From an uncultured Collinsella sp. (GTDB lineage: Bacteria > Actinomycetota > Coriobacteriia > Coriobacteriales > Coriobacteriaceae), in the NCBI GenBank assembly GCA_959602645.1, contig CAUGTZ010000008.1:3149-67148 (forward strand): 64,000 nucleotides of DNA, written 5' to 3'. Numbering within the stretch: position 1 is the first letter of the stretch; each line of letters opens with the position of its first letter. The position numbers were made by a program, and so were the translations under genes. The notes under the pieces are model-generated. The model was not told where the DNA came from. It saw nothing but the letters and a program-made list of their open reading frames with translations, and searched no databases. Below are positions 8,417 through 18,559 of the stretch, in pieces.

Positions 8417-9445
8417 CTAACCCCGTATGTCCCTAACAGTCGAGCGTTCGACCAGCGTACTCGGCACATGAATCGCCTCGATAGACGAGCTCTCTCCAAT
8501 CGCCGCCTCAAACGCAAGCTTACCGACACCGCGCAAATCAAATCGCAGCGTCGTCAGTCGATTGTGAGGAACAAGCCCCTCGAGTGCGTCGTCGATACCA
8601 ACCACGCTCACGTCGTCGGGCACGGACAGGCCCGCGTTCTCGAGCGCGGCGATAACGCCCAGCGCCATCTGGTCATTTGCCGCAAGCACGGCAGTCGGCG
8701 CCTGCGACCCGCCGGCAAGCACCTCGGCCGCAATCCGCTCGCCCATGGCGTACCCACTGTCCGCACTCCAATCGCCACGCAGCATCGGAGCGGCATCGAC
8801 ATGAGCACGACCCAGCGTATCGCGCCAACCGGCCTCACGAAAACGCGAGGAAATCGAGTTTTCCGGACCCGCCACAAACCGCATATTCGAGTGACCATGT
8901 TCCAGCAGATAATTGGTCAACAGCTCGCACGAACCATACTGGTCGGAGTCGATCGTCGTGCAGCGCGGATGCGCATACATGGACAGGATGACCGTTCGCA
9001 CTCCCGGCTGGGGAACAAACTCCTCAAAATCGGGAGCCATGCGGTTCATGTTGAGAATCATGCCGTCGACGGGTCGCTCGACCATGCGGCGCGAGGCATC
9101 GGCAAGTGCATAGGGCTTGTCGCCGCCCATCTCGATCATAGTGACGGCAAAATCGTGCTCGCGCGCCGCTTGCATGATACCCTCGAGCGTCGCCAGGTTA
9201 CCGACACGTGTGATGTTGTACATGCACAGGCCAATAGAACGATACGACCCGCCGCGCAACGCCGCTCCAGCAAAATTGGGACGAAAGCCCAGCTCTTCCA
9301 TGGCGGCCAGCACACGCTTGCGCGTCTTTTCCGTCACGTTGGGCATACCGTTGACCACGCGAGACACAGTCTGGCGGCTCACGCCAGCGAGCGCCGCAAC
9401 CTCTGCCGCGCTCGCCGAACGACCATTCCTTGTCTGCTGATCCAT
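8417..9445 (-). CDS. LacI-family transcriptional regulator (cassette 2)
   Basis: HTH AEVAALAGVSRQTVSRVVNG plus sugar-binding domain. The ORF is open to 9502; ATG at 9445 chosen by N-terminal alignment to the paralogs, so the start is uncertain. Confidence 0.85.
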   Translation of the reverse strand: MDQQTRNGRSASAAEVAALAGVSRQTVSRVVNGMPNVTEKTRKRVLAAMEELGFRPNFAGAALRGGSYRSIGLCMYNITRVGNLATLEGIMQAAREHDFAVTMIEMGGDKPYALADASRRMVERPVDGMILNMNRMAPDFEEFVPQPGVRTVILSMYAHPRCTTIDSDQYGSCELLTNYLLEHGHSNMRFVAGPENSISSRFREAGWRDTLGRAHVDAAPMLRGDWSADSGYAMGERIAAEVLAGGSQAPTAVLAANDQMALGVIAALENAGLSVPDDVSVVGIDDALEGLVPHNRLTTLRFDLRGVGKLAFEAAIGESSSIEAIHVPSTLVERSTVRDIRG

Positions 9446-9567
9446 GCCTTCCACGCTAACCTGCTTCCCAACTATTCCCCGCGCCCATGGCGCATCGTAC
9501 ATACATTGATAACGTGCTCATGATACCCGAGCCATATACCACAACATGAAAACTTCTGTCAATCAAA

Positions 9568-9598
9568 ACCGCTTACCGAACAAATACAACCGTTCGCG
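9568..9598 (+). promoter_or_regulatory. phased direct repeat (ACCGCTTACCG ... ACCGTTCGCGG, 21-bp register)
   Basis: Units start at 9568 and 9589, with an AT-rich spacer AACAAATACA. Confidence 0.5.
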
Positions 9599-9638
9599 GC
9601 TGTTTGAAGTTGTTTTGTTTCTATACATCCCAGCCGGA

Positions 9639-9674
9639 TGTTAACGTGCTCATTGTCAAATGTTCACGTGCTCA
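9639..9674. promoter_or_regulatory. pair of LacI-type operators of cassette 2
   Basis: TGTTAACGTGCTCA at 9639-9652 and TGTTCACGTGCTCA at 9661-9674, in tandem upstream of lacG2. Confidence 0.55.
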
Positions 9675-9789
9675 TTTTGGTTCTAATCATTTTAAGATAG
9701 TGTTTACCGGGCTTTTTCACCGCTGAACGCTAACCAGGGAGCCTCCTGAGCGCAAACGCACAATATCGAACAGCGAGACGAGAGGGTGT

Positions 9790-11238
9790 ATGCATATGTC
9801 TTTGCTAAACCGCGTACAGCAGCTGCCGAAGGGCTTTGTTTGGGGCGCCGCAACCGCCGCGTACCAAACGGAAGGTTCCACGAAGGTGGCAGGCAAGGGT
9901 AAGACCATGTGGGACGATTACCTTGTCGCCCAGGGTCGCTTTTTGCCCGACCCGGCCAGTGATTTCTACAACCGCTACGAGGAGGATATCCGCCTTTCTG
10001 CCGAGCATGGACTCAACGCCATTCGTGTGTCCATCGCCTGGACCCGCATCTTCCCCAACGGCGACGATGCCGAACCCCTCGCCGAGGGCGTTAAGCACTA
10101 CCACGAGCTGTTCGCCTGCTGCAAAAAGTATGGCGTCGAGCCCTATGTGTCCCTGCATCACTTTGACTCCCCCGCCGCCCTGTTCAACCAGGGCGACTGG
10201 CTCAACCGCAAGACCGTCGACGCCTATGTGCGCTATGCCGAGTTCTGCTTCCGCGAGTTCCGCGAGGTCAAGAATTGGTTCACCATCAACGAGCTCATCA
10301 GCCTCTCGCACTCCCAATACATCCAAGGCAACTTCCCGCCCAACCATCACTTTGATGTGACGAGCGGCATCCAGAGCCAGCACAACGAGCTCGTTGCCCA
10401 CGCCCGCGCCGTCAACCTGTATAAGGATCTTGACGAGACCGAGCACCTGGGCGGACGCATTGGCATGGTCAACGTCCTGACGCCGGCATATCCTGCCACC
10501 GACTCGCCCGCCGACCAGCACGCCGCCGACCTGTACAACGCCTTCTACACCGACTTCATCATGGACGGCGCCTTCCTGGGTCACTACTCCGCGCGCACCC
10601 TCTCACTCATCAACGAGATTCTGCGTGCCAACAACGCCACACTTACGGTTGAGGACAGCGACATGGAGGAGCTCGCCAAGGCGGCGCCCCGCAACGATAT
10701 GTTCGGCCTCAACTACTATCAGTCGGCGTTTATCGCCGCCTACGATGGCGAGTCAACCAACAGCTTTAACGGCACCGGAGACAAGGGCACCTCGTGCTTT
10801 AAGTTTAAGGGCGTCGGGCAGCAGGTCGATATGCCGGGTATCCCCACCACCGACTGGGATTGGCTCATCTACCCGCAAGGCCTCTACGACACGCTCAAGC
10901 ACATCAGCGCCACCTATCCCAACCTCCCCGTCATCTATATCACCGAAAACGGCCTGGGCCACAAGGACCCCGAGCCCGACGCAAACGGCATCGTCGCCGA
11001 TCCCGAGCGCATCGACTTTGTCGACCAGCACATGGAGAAGGTGCTCCAGGCGCGAGCCGAGGGCGTCGACGTCCAGGGCTACTTTATCTGGAGCCTGCAG
11101 GACCAGTTCTCGTGGGCCAATGGCTATAACAAGCGCTACGGCCTGTTCTACATCGACTTCGACACGCAAAAACGCTACATCAAGCAGTCGGCACTCTGGT
11201 ACAAGGAGCTCGCCGACACTATGGCGGACGCGCAGTAG
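9790..11238 (+). CDS. 6-phospho-beta-galactosidase-like GH1 (cassette 2)
   Basis: 482-aa ORF; FVWGAATAAYQTEG, TINEL, ITENGLG; more diverged than the other two paralogs. Alternative start at 9796. Confidence 0.85.
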   Translation: MHMSLLNRVQQLPKGFVWGAATAAYQTEGSTKVAGKGKTMWDDYLVAQGRFLPDPASDFYNRYEEDIRLSAEHGLNAIRVSIAWTRIFPNGDDAEPLAEGVKHYHELFACCKKYGVEPYVSLHHFDSPAALFNQGDWLNRKTVDAYVRYAEFCFREFREVKNWFTINELISLSHSQYIQGNFPPNHHFDVTSGIQSQHNELVAHARAVNLYKDLDETEHLGGRIGMVNVLTPAYPATDSPADQHAADLYNAFYTDFIMDGAFLGHYSARTLSLINEILRANNATLTVEDSDMEELAKAAPRNDMFGLNYYQSAFIAAYDGESTNSFNGTGDKGTSCFKFKGVGQQVDMPGIPTTDWDWLIYPQGLYDTLKHISATYPNLPVIYITENGLGHKDPEPDANGIVADPERIDFVDQHMEKVLQARAEGVDVQGYFIWSLQDQFSWANGYNKRYGLFYIDFDTQKRYIKQSALWYKELADTMADAQ

Positions 11239-11414
11239 CGCATCGCCTCGCTTTCCCCCGAGAAGGGAGCGGCCCTATGCGATACAAACCCAGCCGCTCC
11301 CCTCTCTCCCCCTGGGACCGGCCCCGCCTGCACCCGGGCTTTTAGCAAGCGGGAGACCATATAGGTTTTCAACGTCCATGCCATTAAGATTTCATGCAAA
11401 GAGGAGCGTGAACT

Positions 11415-13175
11415 ATGGAATCGATCGTTAAGTTCTTGGAGAAAGGTCAGCCGTACTTCGACAAGGTCTCTAAGAACATCTACCTTCAGGCCATTAAAGA
11501 CGGCTTTTTGGCAGCAATGCCCATTATCCTGTCTTCTTCTGTCTTCCTGCTTATTTCGACCCTGCCGGGCGTTGTCGCCACGGTCGGCGGCTTTACGCTG
11601 CCCGACTGGTGGAACGTCGACGTCGTGAACTTCTGCAACAAGGTTTACAACTTCACGATGGGCGTCGTGGGCATCATGGTCGCCGGCACCACCGCAAGCG
11701 CGCTGACCGGCTCCAAGAACCGCCGCATGCCTGCCGGCAAGGCCATCAACGCCACGAGCACCATGGTCGCCGCCATGTGCGCTATGCTCATCTTGGCCGT
11801 TACCCAGACGAGTGCCAAGATCGACGGCGCCGATGTCTCGGTGTTCTTTACCGACAACATGGGCACCAAGGGCCTGCTGAGCTCCTTTGTCGCCGCATTT
11901 GCCACGGTCAACATCTATGCCTTCTGCATTAAGCGAGACATCACCATCAAGCTGCCCAAAGAAGTCCCCGGCGCCATCGCCCAGAACTTCCGCGACATCT
12001 TCGCCTTCAGCTTCTCCATCCTGTTTGTCGCCGTCATCGACGTTATCTGCCGCACCTGCTTGGCCGTCCCGTTTGCCAACGTCATCTCCACGCTGGTGAG
12101 CCCGCTGTTCGCCGCTGCCGATTCCTACGCCGGCCTCGCCCTCATCTGGTTCATGATCCCGCTGTTCTGGTTCATGGGCATCCACGGCCCCTCGGTCGTT
12201 AAGCCTGCCCTCAACGCCGCGCTGTTTGGCAACATCACCACCAACCTCGCCACGCTGCAGGCCGGCGGTCACCCCGCCCTCGCCCTGACCGAAAACTTCG
12301 GTAACTACATCGGCGAACTCGGCGGCACCGGCGCCACGTTCATTGTCCCGATCATCTTCCTGCTCTTTATGCGCTCCAAGCAGCTCAAGGCCGTCGGCAA
12401 AGCCTCTGTCGTGCCCGTGATGTTCGCCGTCAACGAGCCGCTGCTGTTCGCCGCGCCCATCATCCTCAACCCGTACTTCCTGATCCCGTTCCTGTTTGCC
12501 CCCGTGGCCAACGTCCTCATTGGTAAGTTCTTCATCGACTTTTTGGGCATGAACGGCTTTATCTATGCCATGCCGTGGGCACTCCCCGGACCGATCGGCA
12601 CCTTCATCGACACCAACTTCCAGCCGATCTCTCTGGTCCTGGTTGTCGTCCTGCTGGTCGTTGACTTCTTGATCTACTACCCGTTCTGCAAGGCCTACGA
12701 CAACGTCCTGTGCAAGCAGGAGGCCGAGACCCTGGCCGAAGAAGAGGCCGAGGAGACCAAGGCCGTCAAGACCGCTGCCGCCCCCGCCGTTGAGGCTCCT
12801 GTTGTCGAGACCGCTTCTGCCACTGAGGCCTCCGCAGCTCCGTCCGCCCTTAAGGGCAAGGATCTGAGGGTTCTGGTTCTGTGCGCTGGCGCCGGCACCT
12901 CTGCACTGCTCGCCAACGCGCTTAAGGAAGGCGCCGACGAGCTGGGCATCGACATTACCGCCAACGCCGGTGCCTACGGCAGCCACTACGCCATCATGGA
13001 CCAGTACAACGTCATCGTCCTGGCTCCGCAGGTTCGCACCTATTACAACGAGATGAAGGCCGACACCGACCGCCTGGGCATCACGCTGCTGTCGCCCAAG
13101 GGCAAACAGTACATCGACCTCACTAAGGATCCCAAGGGTGCCGTCGCCTGGATCGAGGAAAACCTCGAGGCATAA
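11415..13175 (+). CDS. PTS lactose-family EIICB component (cassette 2)
   Basis: 586-aa ORF collinear with lacE1 (KGQPYFDKVSKNIYLQAIKDGF; VLVLCAGAGTS EIIB motif). Confidence 0.9.
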   Translation: MESIVKFLEKGQPYFDKVSKNIYLQAIKDGFLAAMPIILSSSVFLLISTLPGVVATVGGFTLPDWWNVDVVNFCNKVYNFTMGVVGIMVAGTTASALTGSKNRRMPAGKAINATSTMVAAMCAMLILAVTQTSAKIDGADVSVFFTDNMGTKGLLSSFVAAFATVNIYAFCIKRDITIKLPKEVPGAIAQNFRDIFAFSFSILFVAVIDVICRTCLAVPFANVISTLVSPLFAAADSYAGLALIWFMIPLFWFMGIHGPSVVKPALNAALFGNITTNLATLQAGGHPALALTENFGNYIGELGGTGATFIVPIIFLLFMRSKQLKAVGKASVVPVMFAVNEPLLFAAPIILNPYFLIPFLFAPVANVLIGKFFIDFLGMNGFIYAMPWALPGPIGTFIDTNFQPISLVLVVVLLVVDFLIYYPFCKAYDNVLCKQEAETLAEEEAEETKAVKTAAAPAVEAPVVETASATEASAAPSALKGKDLRVLVLCAGAGTSALLANALKEGADELGIDITANAGAYGSHYAIMDQYNVIVLAPQVRTYYNEMKADTDRLGITLLSPKGKQYIDLTKDPKGAVAWIEENLEA

Positions 13176-13209
13176 GACGCTGACACCACCTGCCGCTTGC
13201 AGACAATAA

Positions 13210-13251
13210 ATGGCCCGTGCATCGATGTGTGATGCGCGGGCCATTTTGTTT
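13210..13251 (+). terminator. intrinsic terminator closing cassette 2
   Basis: ATGGCCCGTGCATC/GATGCGCGGGCCAT stem followed by TTTTGTTT. Confidence 0.7.
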
Positions 13252-13268
13252 AGACCGCACCCGTCCTC

Positions 13269-13416
13269 CTGTTCATCTCAATCTGTAACATCTAGCCGAG
13301 TTTTTCGGTCCTAGCTGTTACAGATCGAGATGAACGCACAGGCCAAGCCGAAAATCTCAATCTGTAACATGTAGACCACTTTTGACCGTCTAGTTGTTAC
13401 AGATCGAGACAAACGG
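13269..13416. repeat. family-A compound palindromic element, copy 2
   Basis: Units at 13269-13290, 13316-13336, 13352-13369 and 13395-13416; loop 1 is nearly identical to copy 1. Confidence 0.85.
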
Positions 13417-13432
13417 AATAGGCCGAGCACGT

Positions 13433-14434
13433 CTACGCCCGCAAGTCCTTTACGCTGGAACGCTCGACCAACACGCCCGAGACGAGCGTACGGCTTCTGG
13501 AGCTCGGAGCTTCCAGACCCGCGACGACCTCGTTGAGCGCACGGACGCCCAGCTCGCGGTGGCGAAACTTCACCGACGTCAGAATCGAGTTGGGAATCGT
13601 CTTATAGAGCTCATCGTCGAAGCCGATCACGGACACATCATTGGGCACACTGAGCCCTTTGTCACGTAGAGCCATCATCACGCCGTTTGCCATGCAGTCG
13701 TTAGCAGCGAGGACCGCCGTGCAATCGGGCTTATCGGCAAGCACAAGGCCCGCGGCATAGCCACTATCCGCATTCCAATCGCCTTGCAGAGGCTCGGGCG
13801 GCTCAATGCCACGCGCCTCGAGTGCCGCACGCCAACCTTTCATACGGCACTGGCTCGACAACGACTCTTTCTTACCAGAGACGAAGTACACGTTTTTATG
13901 CCCGTGGTTCAAGAAGTACTCGCACGCCATGCGCGCGCCGCCCTCTTGGTCGTCACTGACGGTGGAGCAGGTAGGATGTTCCATCGGTGTGATAATCACC
14001 GTCTTGAGGTCTTTCGGTGCCTCAAAAGTATCAAAGTCATCGACCATCTGACGCAGGTTGAAGATCATGCCATCAACAGGCAGCTGCGACATCCTACGCG
14101 CCGCTTCGGCAAGGGTCATCTTCTCCCCCGCCCGCTTTTTGATCATCGTGAGCGCAAAGCCGCGTTCTTCGGCGGCATCTGCGATACCGTCAATCATGTC
14201 CACGGCACCGCCCGACAAGTGGAACAGCACCACGCCAATGCACCCGTAACGGCCCAACTTGAGCGAACGCGCGGCAAAGTTGGTTCGAAACCCGAGCGCC
14301 TCCATTGCGGAATGAACCTTATCGCGTGTCGACTCTCGCACGCTATCGGGCTCGTTGATCACACGCGAAACCGTCTTGAGAGAAACACCCGCAGCAATCG
14401 CCACATCGTTCATTGAGACATTTTTCTTGTCCAT
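13433..14434 (-). CDS. LacI-family transcriptional regulator (cassette 3)
   Basis: HTH MNDVAIAAGVSLKTVSRVIN plus sugar-binding domain. The ORF is open to 14512; ATG at 14434 preferred (GGAGAAG upstream and paralog alignment). Confidence 0.85.
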   Translation of the reverse strand: MDKKNVSMNDVAIAAGVSLKTVSRVINEPDSVRESTRDKVHSAMEALGFRTNFAARSLKLGRYGCIGVVLFHLSGGAVDMIDGIADAAEERGFALTMIKKRAGEKMTLAEAARRMSQLPVDGMIFNLRQMVDDFDTFEAPKDLKTVIITPMEHPTCSTVSDDQEGGARMACEYFLNHGHKNVYFVSGKKESLSSQCRMKGWRAALEARGIEPPEPLQGDWNADSGYAAGLVLADKPDCTAVLAANDCMANGVMMALRDKGLSVPNDVSVIGFDDELYKTIPNSILTSVKFRHRELGVRALNEVVAGLEAPSSRSRTLVSGVLVERSSVKDLRA

Positions 14435-14516
14435 CGTTGCCACTACTTCTCCAGTCGGTTTTGCATCGCTTGCTTTTTGCGTTCTAGCATACACTACCTG
14501 CCCGACTGACAAATCA

Positions 14517-14547
14517 ACCGTTTACCGGACAATATCGACCGCTCACC
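14517..14547 (+). promoter_or_regulatory. phased direct repeat (ACCGTTTACCG ... ACCGCTCACC, 21-bp register)
   Basis: Units start at 14517 and 14538, with an AT-rich spacer GACAATATCG. Confidence 0.5.
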
Positions 14548-14574
14548 CGTATATCCTTGTTGCTCTTCCAAAAA

Positions 14575-14612
14575 TGTCTTACGTTGTCATTAACGAAATG
14601 ACAACGTTGTCA
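14575..14612. promoter_or_regulatory. pair of LacI-type operators of cassette 3
   Basis: TGTCTTACGTTGTCA at 14575-14589 and the perfect palindrome TGACAACGTTGTCA at 14599-14612. Confidence 0.6.
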
Positions 14613-14718
14613 TTTCGCAATGCCTTCCTTAAGCAGGAAGGTTTCCGGGCAGTCCTGACCATCCATCGACGACCAGTTCCATCCACATGCATCGCGCATC
14701 AAGTAGCAAAGGAGCTCT

Positions 14719-16497
14719 ATGGACGCCATCGTAAAGATGCTCGAAAAGCATCAACCGTTCTTCGAGAAGATCTCGAGAAACATCTACCTCCAGGCCATCA
14801 AAGACGGATTCCTTGGGTGCATGCCCATCGTCCTTACCTCTTCGATCTTTCTGCTGATCGCCACCCTTCCCGGCGTAGTTGGAATCACGTTGCCCCAGCC
14901 GCTCATCGACTGGTGCAACAAGCTGTACAACTTCACCATGGGCGTCATGGGCATCATGGTTGCCGGCACCACCGCCAAGAACTTTACGGCTTCCATGAAC
15001 CGTCGCATGCCCGCCGGCAAGGTGCTCAACGACGGCTCCACCATGGTTGCCGCCCAGTGCAGCATGCTGCTGCTCGCTGTTACGCAGTTCACCACCAAGT
15101 TCAACGGCTCCGAGCTTTCTGTCTTCGATTGCATCAGCATGGGTACGCGCGGTCTGTTCTCGGCCTATATCGCCGCGTTCATTACCGTGTGGGTCTATAA
15201 GTTCTGCGTCTCGCGCGATCTGACCATTAAGCTGCCCAAGGAGGTTCCGGGCGCCATCGCACAGAACTTCCGCGACATCATCCCCTTCGGTGGCGCTGTC
15301 ATCATTTGCGGCATCATCGATGTGGTTGTGCGCAACCTCATGGGCGTTCCGTTCTCCGAGCTGCTTATCAAACTGCTCTCCCCGCTCTTCACTGCGGCAG
15401 AGACCTACCCCGGACTCATCCTTATTCAGGCAGCCACCGCGTTCTTCTGGTTCATCGGTGTCCACGGCCCTTCGATTGTCCAGCCGGGCATCGACCCCAT
15501 CCGTCTTGCCAACCAGGCCGAGAACCTGCAGGTTCTGCTGGCCGGTGGCCACCCCGCCCACTCCCTCACCTTTAACATGTCGCTCGTGGGTGAGTTCGGC
15601 GGCACCGGCGCCACGTTCATCGTTCCGCTTCTGCTGATTCTCTTTATGAAGTCCAAGCAGCTCAAAGCCGTCGGTAAGGCCTCGATTGTTCCTGTTGCCT
15701 TCGCCGTCAACGAACCGCTGCTCTTTGGCGCGCCCATGATCCTCAACCCCTACATGCTCATCCCCTTTGTTGCCGCCGGCTGCGTCAACGTAAGTGTTGC
15801 CAAGTTCTTTATCGACAACGTGGGCATGAACGGCTTCTCCTTCGTGGTGCCTTGGGCTACCCCTGCCCCCATCGGCATCTTCATCACCACGAACTTCCAG
15901 CTTATCGCCCTGGTATTTGTCGCGATCATCATCTTGCTGGACGCCATCATCTACCTGCCGTTCTTGAAGGCATACGATAAGCTGCTCTGCGACCAGGAAG
16001 CCGAGCGCGCCGCCGAGCTGGGTCTCGAGTCCGATGGTGCTGCCACCATCGCCGCCAGCACCTCTGCGCCCGCTATCGAGCAGGCCACCGCTGCCGTCGA
16101 GCCGACCGCCGCTGCCGCTGACAGCAAGCCTGTCGCCGATCAGCCCGAGCCCGCTGCCGATGCATCCGCTAAGAAGGATGTCGACGGTCTGAAGGTCCTC
16201 GTCCTGTGCGCCGGCGCCGGCACCTCTGCCATGCTTGCCAACGCCATCAAGGAAGGTGCCGCGCAGACCGGAGAGAACATCGCTTCCTCCGCAGGCGCCT
16301 ATGGCCAGCACACTGCCATCATGGATCAGTACGACGTTATCGTGCTTGCCCCGCAGGTCCGTAGCTACTACAACGACATGAAGGCCGACACCGATCGCCT
16401 GGGCATTAAGCTGCTCGCCCCGCGCGGTAAGGAATATATCGACCTTACTCGCGACCCCGCTGGCGCCATCAAGTGGCTCCGCGAGAACCTCGACTAG
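14719..16497 (+). CDS. PTS lactose-family EIICB component (cassette 3)
   Basis: 592-aa ORF collinear with lacE1 and lacE2 (KHQPFFEKISRNIYLQAIKDGF; VLVLCAGAGTS). Confidence 0.9.
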   Translation: MDAIVKMLEKHQPFFEKISRNIYLQAIKDGFLGCMPIVLTSSIFLLIATLPGVVGITLPQPLIDWCNKLYNFTMGVMGIMVAGTTAKNFTASMNRRMPAGKVLNDGSTMVAAQCSMLLLAVTQFTTKFNGSELSVFDCISMGTRGLFSAYIAAFITVWVYKFCVSRDLTIKLPKEVPGAIAQNFRDIIPFGGAVIICGIIDVVVRNLMGVPFSELLIKLLSPLFTAAETYPGLILIQAATAFFWFIGVHGPSIVQPGIDPIRLANQAENLQVLLAGGHPAHSLTFNMSLVGEFGGTGATFIVPLLLILFMKSKQLKAVGKASIVPVAFAVNEPLLFGAPMILNPYMLIPFVAAGCVNVSVAKFFIDNVGMNGFSFVVPWATPAPIGIFITTNFQLIALVFVAIIILLDAIIYLPFLKAYDKLLCDQEAERAAELGLESDGAATIAASTSAPAIEQATAAVEPTAAAADSKPVADQPEPAADASAKKDVDGLKVLVLCAGAGTSAMLANAIKEGAAQTGENIASSAGAYGQHTAIMDQYDVIVLAPQVRSYYNDMKADTDRLGIKLLAPRGKEYIDLTRDPAGAIKWLRENLD

Positions 16498-16573
16498 GTT
16501 CCTCCCTCTGTTGGTGCCCGGATCCCCAGTTCGGGCACCTCTCCCTATTCGAATCCCACAGAAAGGATGACTC

Positions 16574-17995
16574 ATGACCAACCCCATGCAGTTCCCCGAC
16601 GGCTTTGTGTTTGGCGGCGCCACCGCCGCTTACCAGGTTGAGGGCGAGACCCGCACGCACGGCAAGGGCAAAGTGCCCTGGGACGATTTCCTGGCAGCTC
16701 AGGGTCGCTTCTCCCCCGATCCCGCAAGCGATTTCTACAACAAGTACCCGGTCGATATCGACCTGTGCCAGCGCTTCGGCATCAACGGTATCCGCGTCTC
16801 CATCGCTTGGAGCCGCATCTTCCCCAACGGCACTGGCGAGATCAACCACGAGGGTGTCGCCTTCTATCATGAGCTTTTCGCCACCTGCAACAAAGCCGGC
16901 GTTATCCCCTATGTCACGCTCGATCACTTTGATACGCCCGAGGCCTTTTACCAGGACGGCGGCGAGGGCTTCCTGACGCGCACGACGATCGACGCCTTTG
17001 TCGAGTACGCCAAGTTCTGCTTTGCCGAGTTCACCGAGGTCAAGCACTGGTTCACGTTTAACGAGATTCCCGCAACCGCCGAGGGCAGCTTTATCGTCGG
17101 CAACTGGCCGCACGGCGAGAAGTATCGCCTGGACAAGGCCTTCCAGCTCATGCACAACATGATGGTGGCCCACGCCAAGGCCGTCGTCGCCTTCCATGAG
17201 GGCGGCTTTGAGGGTGAGATCGGCATTGTCCAGAACCTGGAGCCCAAGTATCCCCTCGATCCCAACAACGCCGCCGACTGCGAGGCAGCTCGCATGGCCG
17301 ACGTCATCAACAACCGCTGGGTACTCGACGCCACCTTCCGCGGCCACTATGCAGCCGACACCATGGAGGCTGCGACCAAGCTGGCCCATATCGCCGGCGG
17401 CGAGCTCGACGTCCGCGACGAGGACATCGCCGCGCTGACCGCCGCGCTCCCCTACAACGATTGCCTGGGCGTCAACACCTACAAGTGCCAGTTCCTGCGT
17501 GCCGCCGAGGGCGAAAACGACATCAACCACAATGGCACCGGCGACAAGGGCTCCTCGCGCTGGTTCCTCAAGGGCGTGGGCGAGTCATGCGTGCGCGAAG
17601 GCGTACCCACCACCGATTGGGACTGGATTATCTATCCCGAGGGTCTCTACGACCTGCTGCTCCGCATTAAGAACGATTACCCCAACTACAAGAAGATCTA
17701 CATCACCGAGAACGGCATGGGCTATAAGGACGACTTTGAGGACGGCTTTATCGACGACGCCCCTCGCATCGACTACATGCGTCAGCATCTCGCATGGATT
17801 CTCAAGGCAATCGACGGCGGCGTGAACGTCGACGGTTACTTCGTGTGGTCGCTGCAGGACCAGTTCTCCTGGACCAACGGCTATAACAAGCGCTATGGCC
17901 TGTTCTACATCGACTTTGAGACCCAGAAGCGCTATCCCAAGGCGAGCGCGTACTGGTACAAGAACGTCTCGGAGACCGGCCTGCTTATGGCCTAA
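16574..17995 (+). CDS. 6-phospho-beta-galactosidase, GH1 (cassette 3)
   Basis: 473-aa ORF; FVFGGATAAYQVEGETRTHGKGKV is identical to LacG1; TFNEI and ITENGMG present. Confidence 0.9.
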   Translation: MTNPMQFPDGFVFGGATAAYQVEGETRTHGKGKVPWDDFLAAQGRFSPDPASDFYNKYPVDIDLCQRFGINGIRVSIAWSRIFPNGTGEINHEGVAFYHELFATCNKAGVIPYVTLDHFDTPEAFYQDGGEGFLTRTTIDAFVEYAKFCFAEFTEVKHWFTFNEIPATAEGSFIVGNWPHGEKYRLDKAFQLMHNMMVAHAKAVVAFHEGGFEGEIGIVQNLEPKYPLDPNNAADCEAARMADVINNRWVLDATFRGHYAADTMEAATKLAHIAGGELDVRDEDIAALTAALPYNDCLGVNTYKCQFLRAAEGENDINHNGTGDKGSSRWFLKGVGESCVREGVPTTDWDWIIYPEGLYDLLLRIKNDYPNYKKIYITENGMGYKDDFEDGFIDDAPRIDYMRQHLAWILKAIDGGVNVDGYFVWSLQDQFSWTNGYNKRYGLFYIDFETQKRYPKASAYWYKNVSETGLLMA

Positions 17996-18017
17996 CTTTT
18001 GCCGCATACCCCCTGTC

Positions 18018-18065
18018 GGCCGCATGCGAATCCCTCCACGGGTTCGCATGCGGCCTCTTTGTTTT
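18018..18065 (+). terminator. intrinsic terminator closing cassette 3
   Basis: GGCCGCATGCGAA/TTCGCATGCGGCC stem followed by TCTTTGTTTT. Confidence 0.7.
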
Positions 18066-18082
18066 GGCTCGGCCCGAGCAGG

Positions 18083-18235
18083 CCGTTTGTCTCGATTTGT
18101 AACATCTAGCAGGGATTTTCAATCCTAACTGTTATAGATTTAGACGAACGGGCGACCAGGGCTGAAAGATCTCAATCTGTAACACGTAGCCGAGTTTTTC
18201 GATCCCAACTGTTACAGATTGAGACGATTCGACGG
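18083..18235. repeat. family-A compound palindromic element, copy 3
   Basis: Units at 18083-18104, 18130-18151, 18168-18184 and 18210-18235; more diverged than copies 1 and 2. Confidence 0.8.
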
Positions 18236-18292
18236 TACCGGTCGCTTGGACACGCCGTGGTACAATTATGCCACGACGCAAAGGAGGTACCC

Positions 18293-18559
18293 ATGTCCGC
18301 TTGTGTGCCCGTCCGAGACATGAAGGACACTGCCACATTCACCGCACTTGTTGAGTCTGAGCGCGACGTCACCGTAACTAAGAACGGCTACGAGGCCATG
18401 CACTGCATCAGCAGCGACCAGTATCGCCTCATGCAAGAAGAAATCGCCAAGGCAAAACTGCTGTCTCGTATGATGTTGGCAGAAGACGAAATATCGCAAG
18501 GCGACTACAGCGACTACGACTCCTTCGCGACCGCGATACGAGACAAATATGACCTATAA
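18293..18559 (+). CDS. type II antitoxin, Phd/YefM-like
   Basis: 88 aa from ATG 18293, preceded by AGGAGG; VPVRDMKD...VTVTKNGYEAM pattern; overlaps the toxin gene by 11 nt. Confidence 0.7.
   Translation: MSACVPVRDMKDTATFTALVESERDVTVTKNGYEAMHCISSDQYRLMQEEIAKAKLLSRMMLAEDEISQGDYSDYDSFATAIRDKYDL

Noticed and set aside
8259-18235. Family-A units as a CRISPR array, or as integron attC sites delimiting gene cassettes
   Set aside because: The units alternate in orientation, with only four per locus and conserved rather than unique loops, so this is not CRISPR. There is no intI integrase or attI, the cassettes are multi-gene with their own regulators and promoters, and the RYYYAAC/GTTRRRY core is not matched, so this is not a classical integron.
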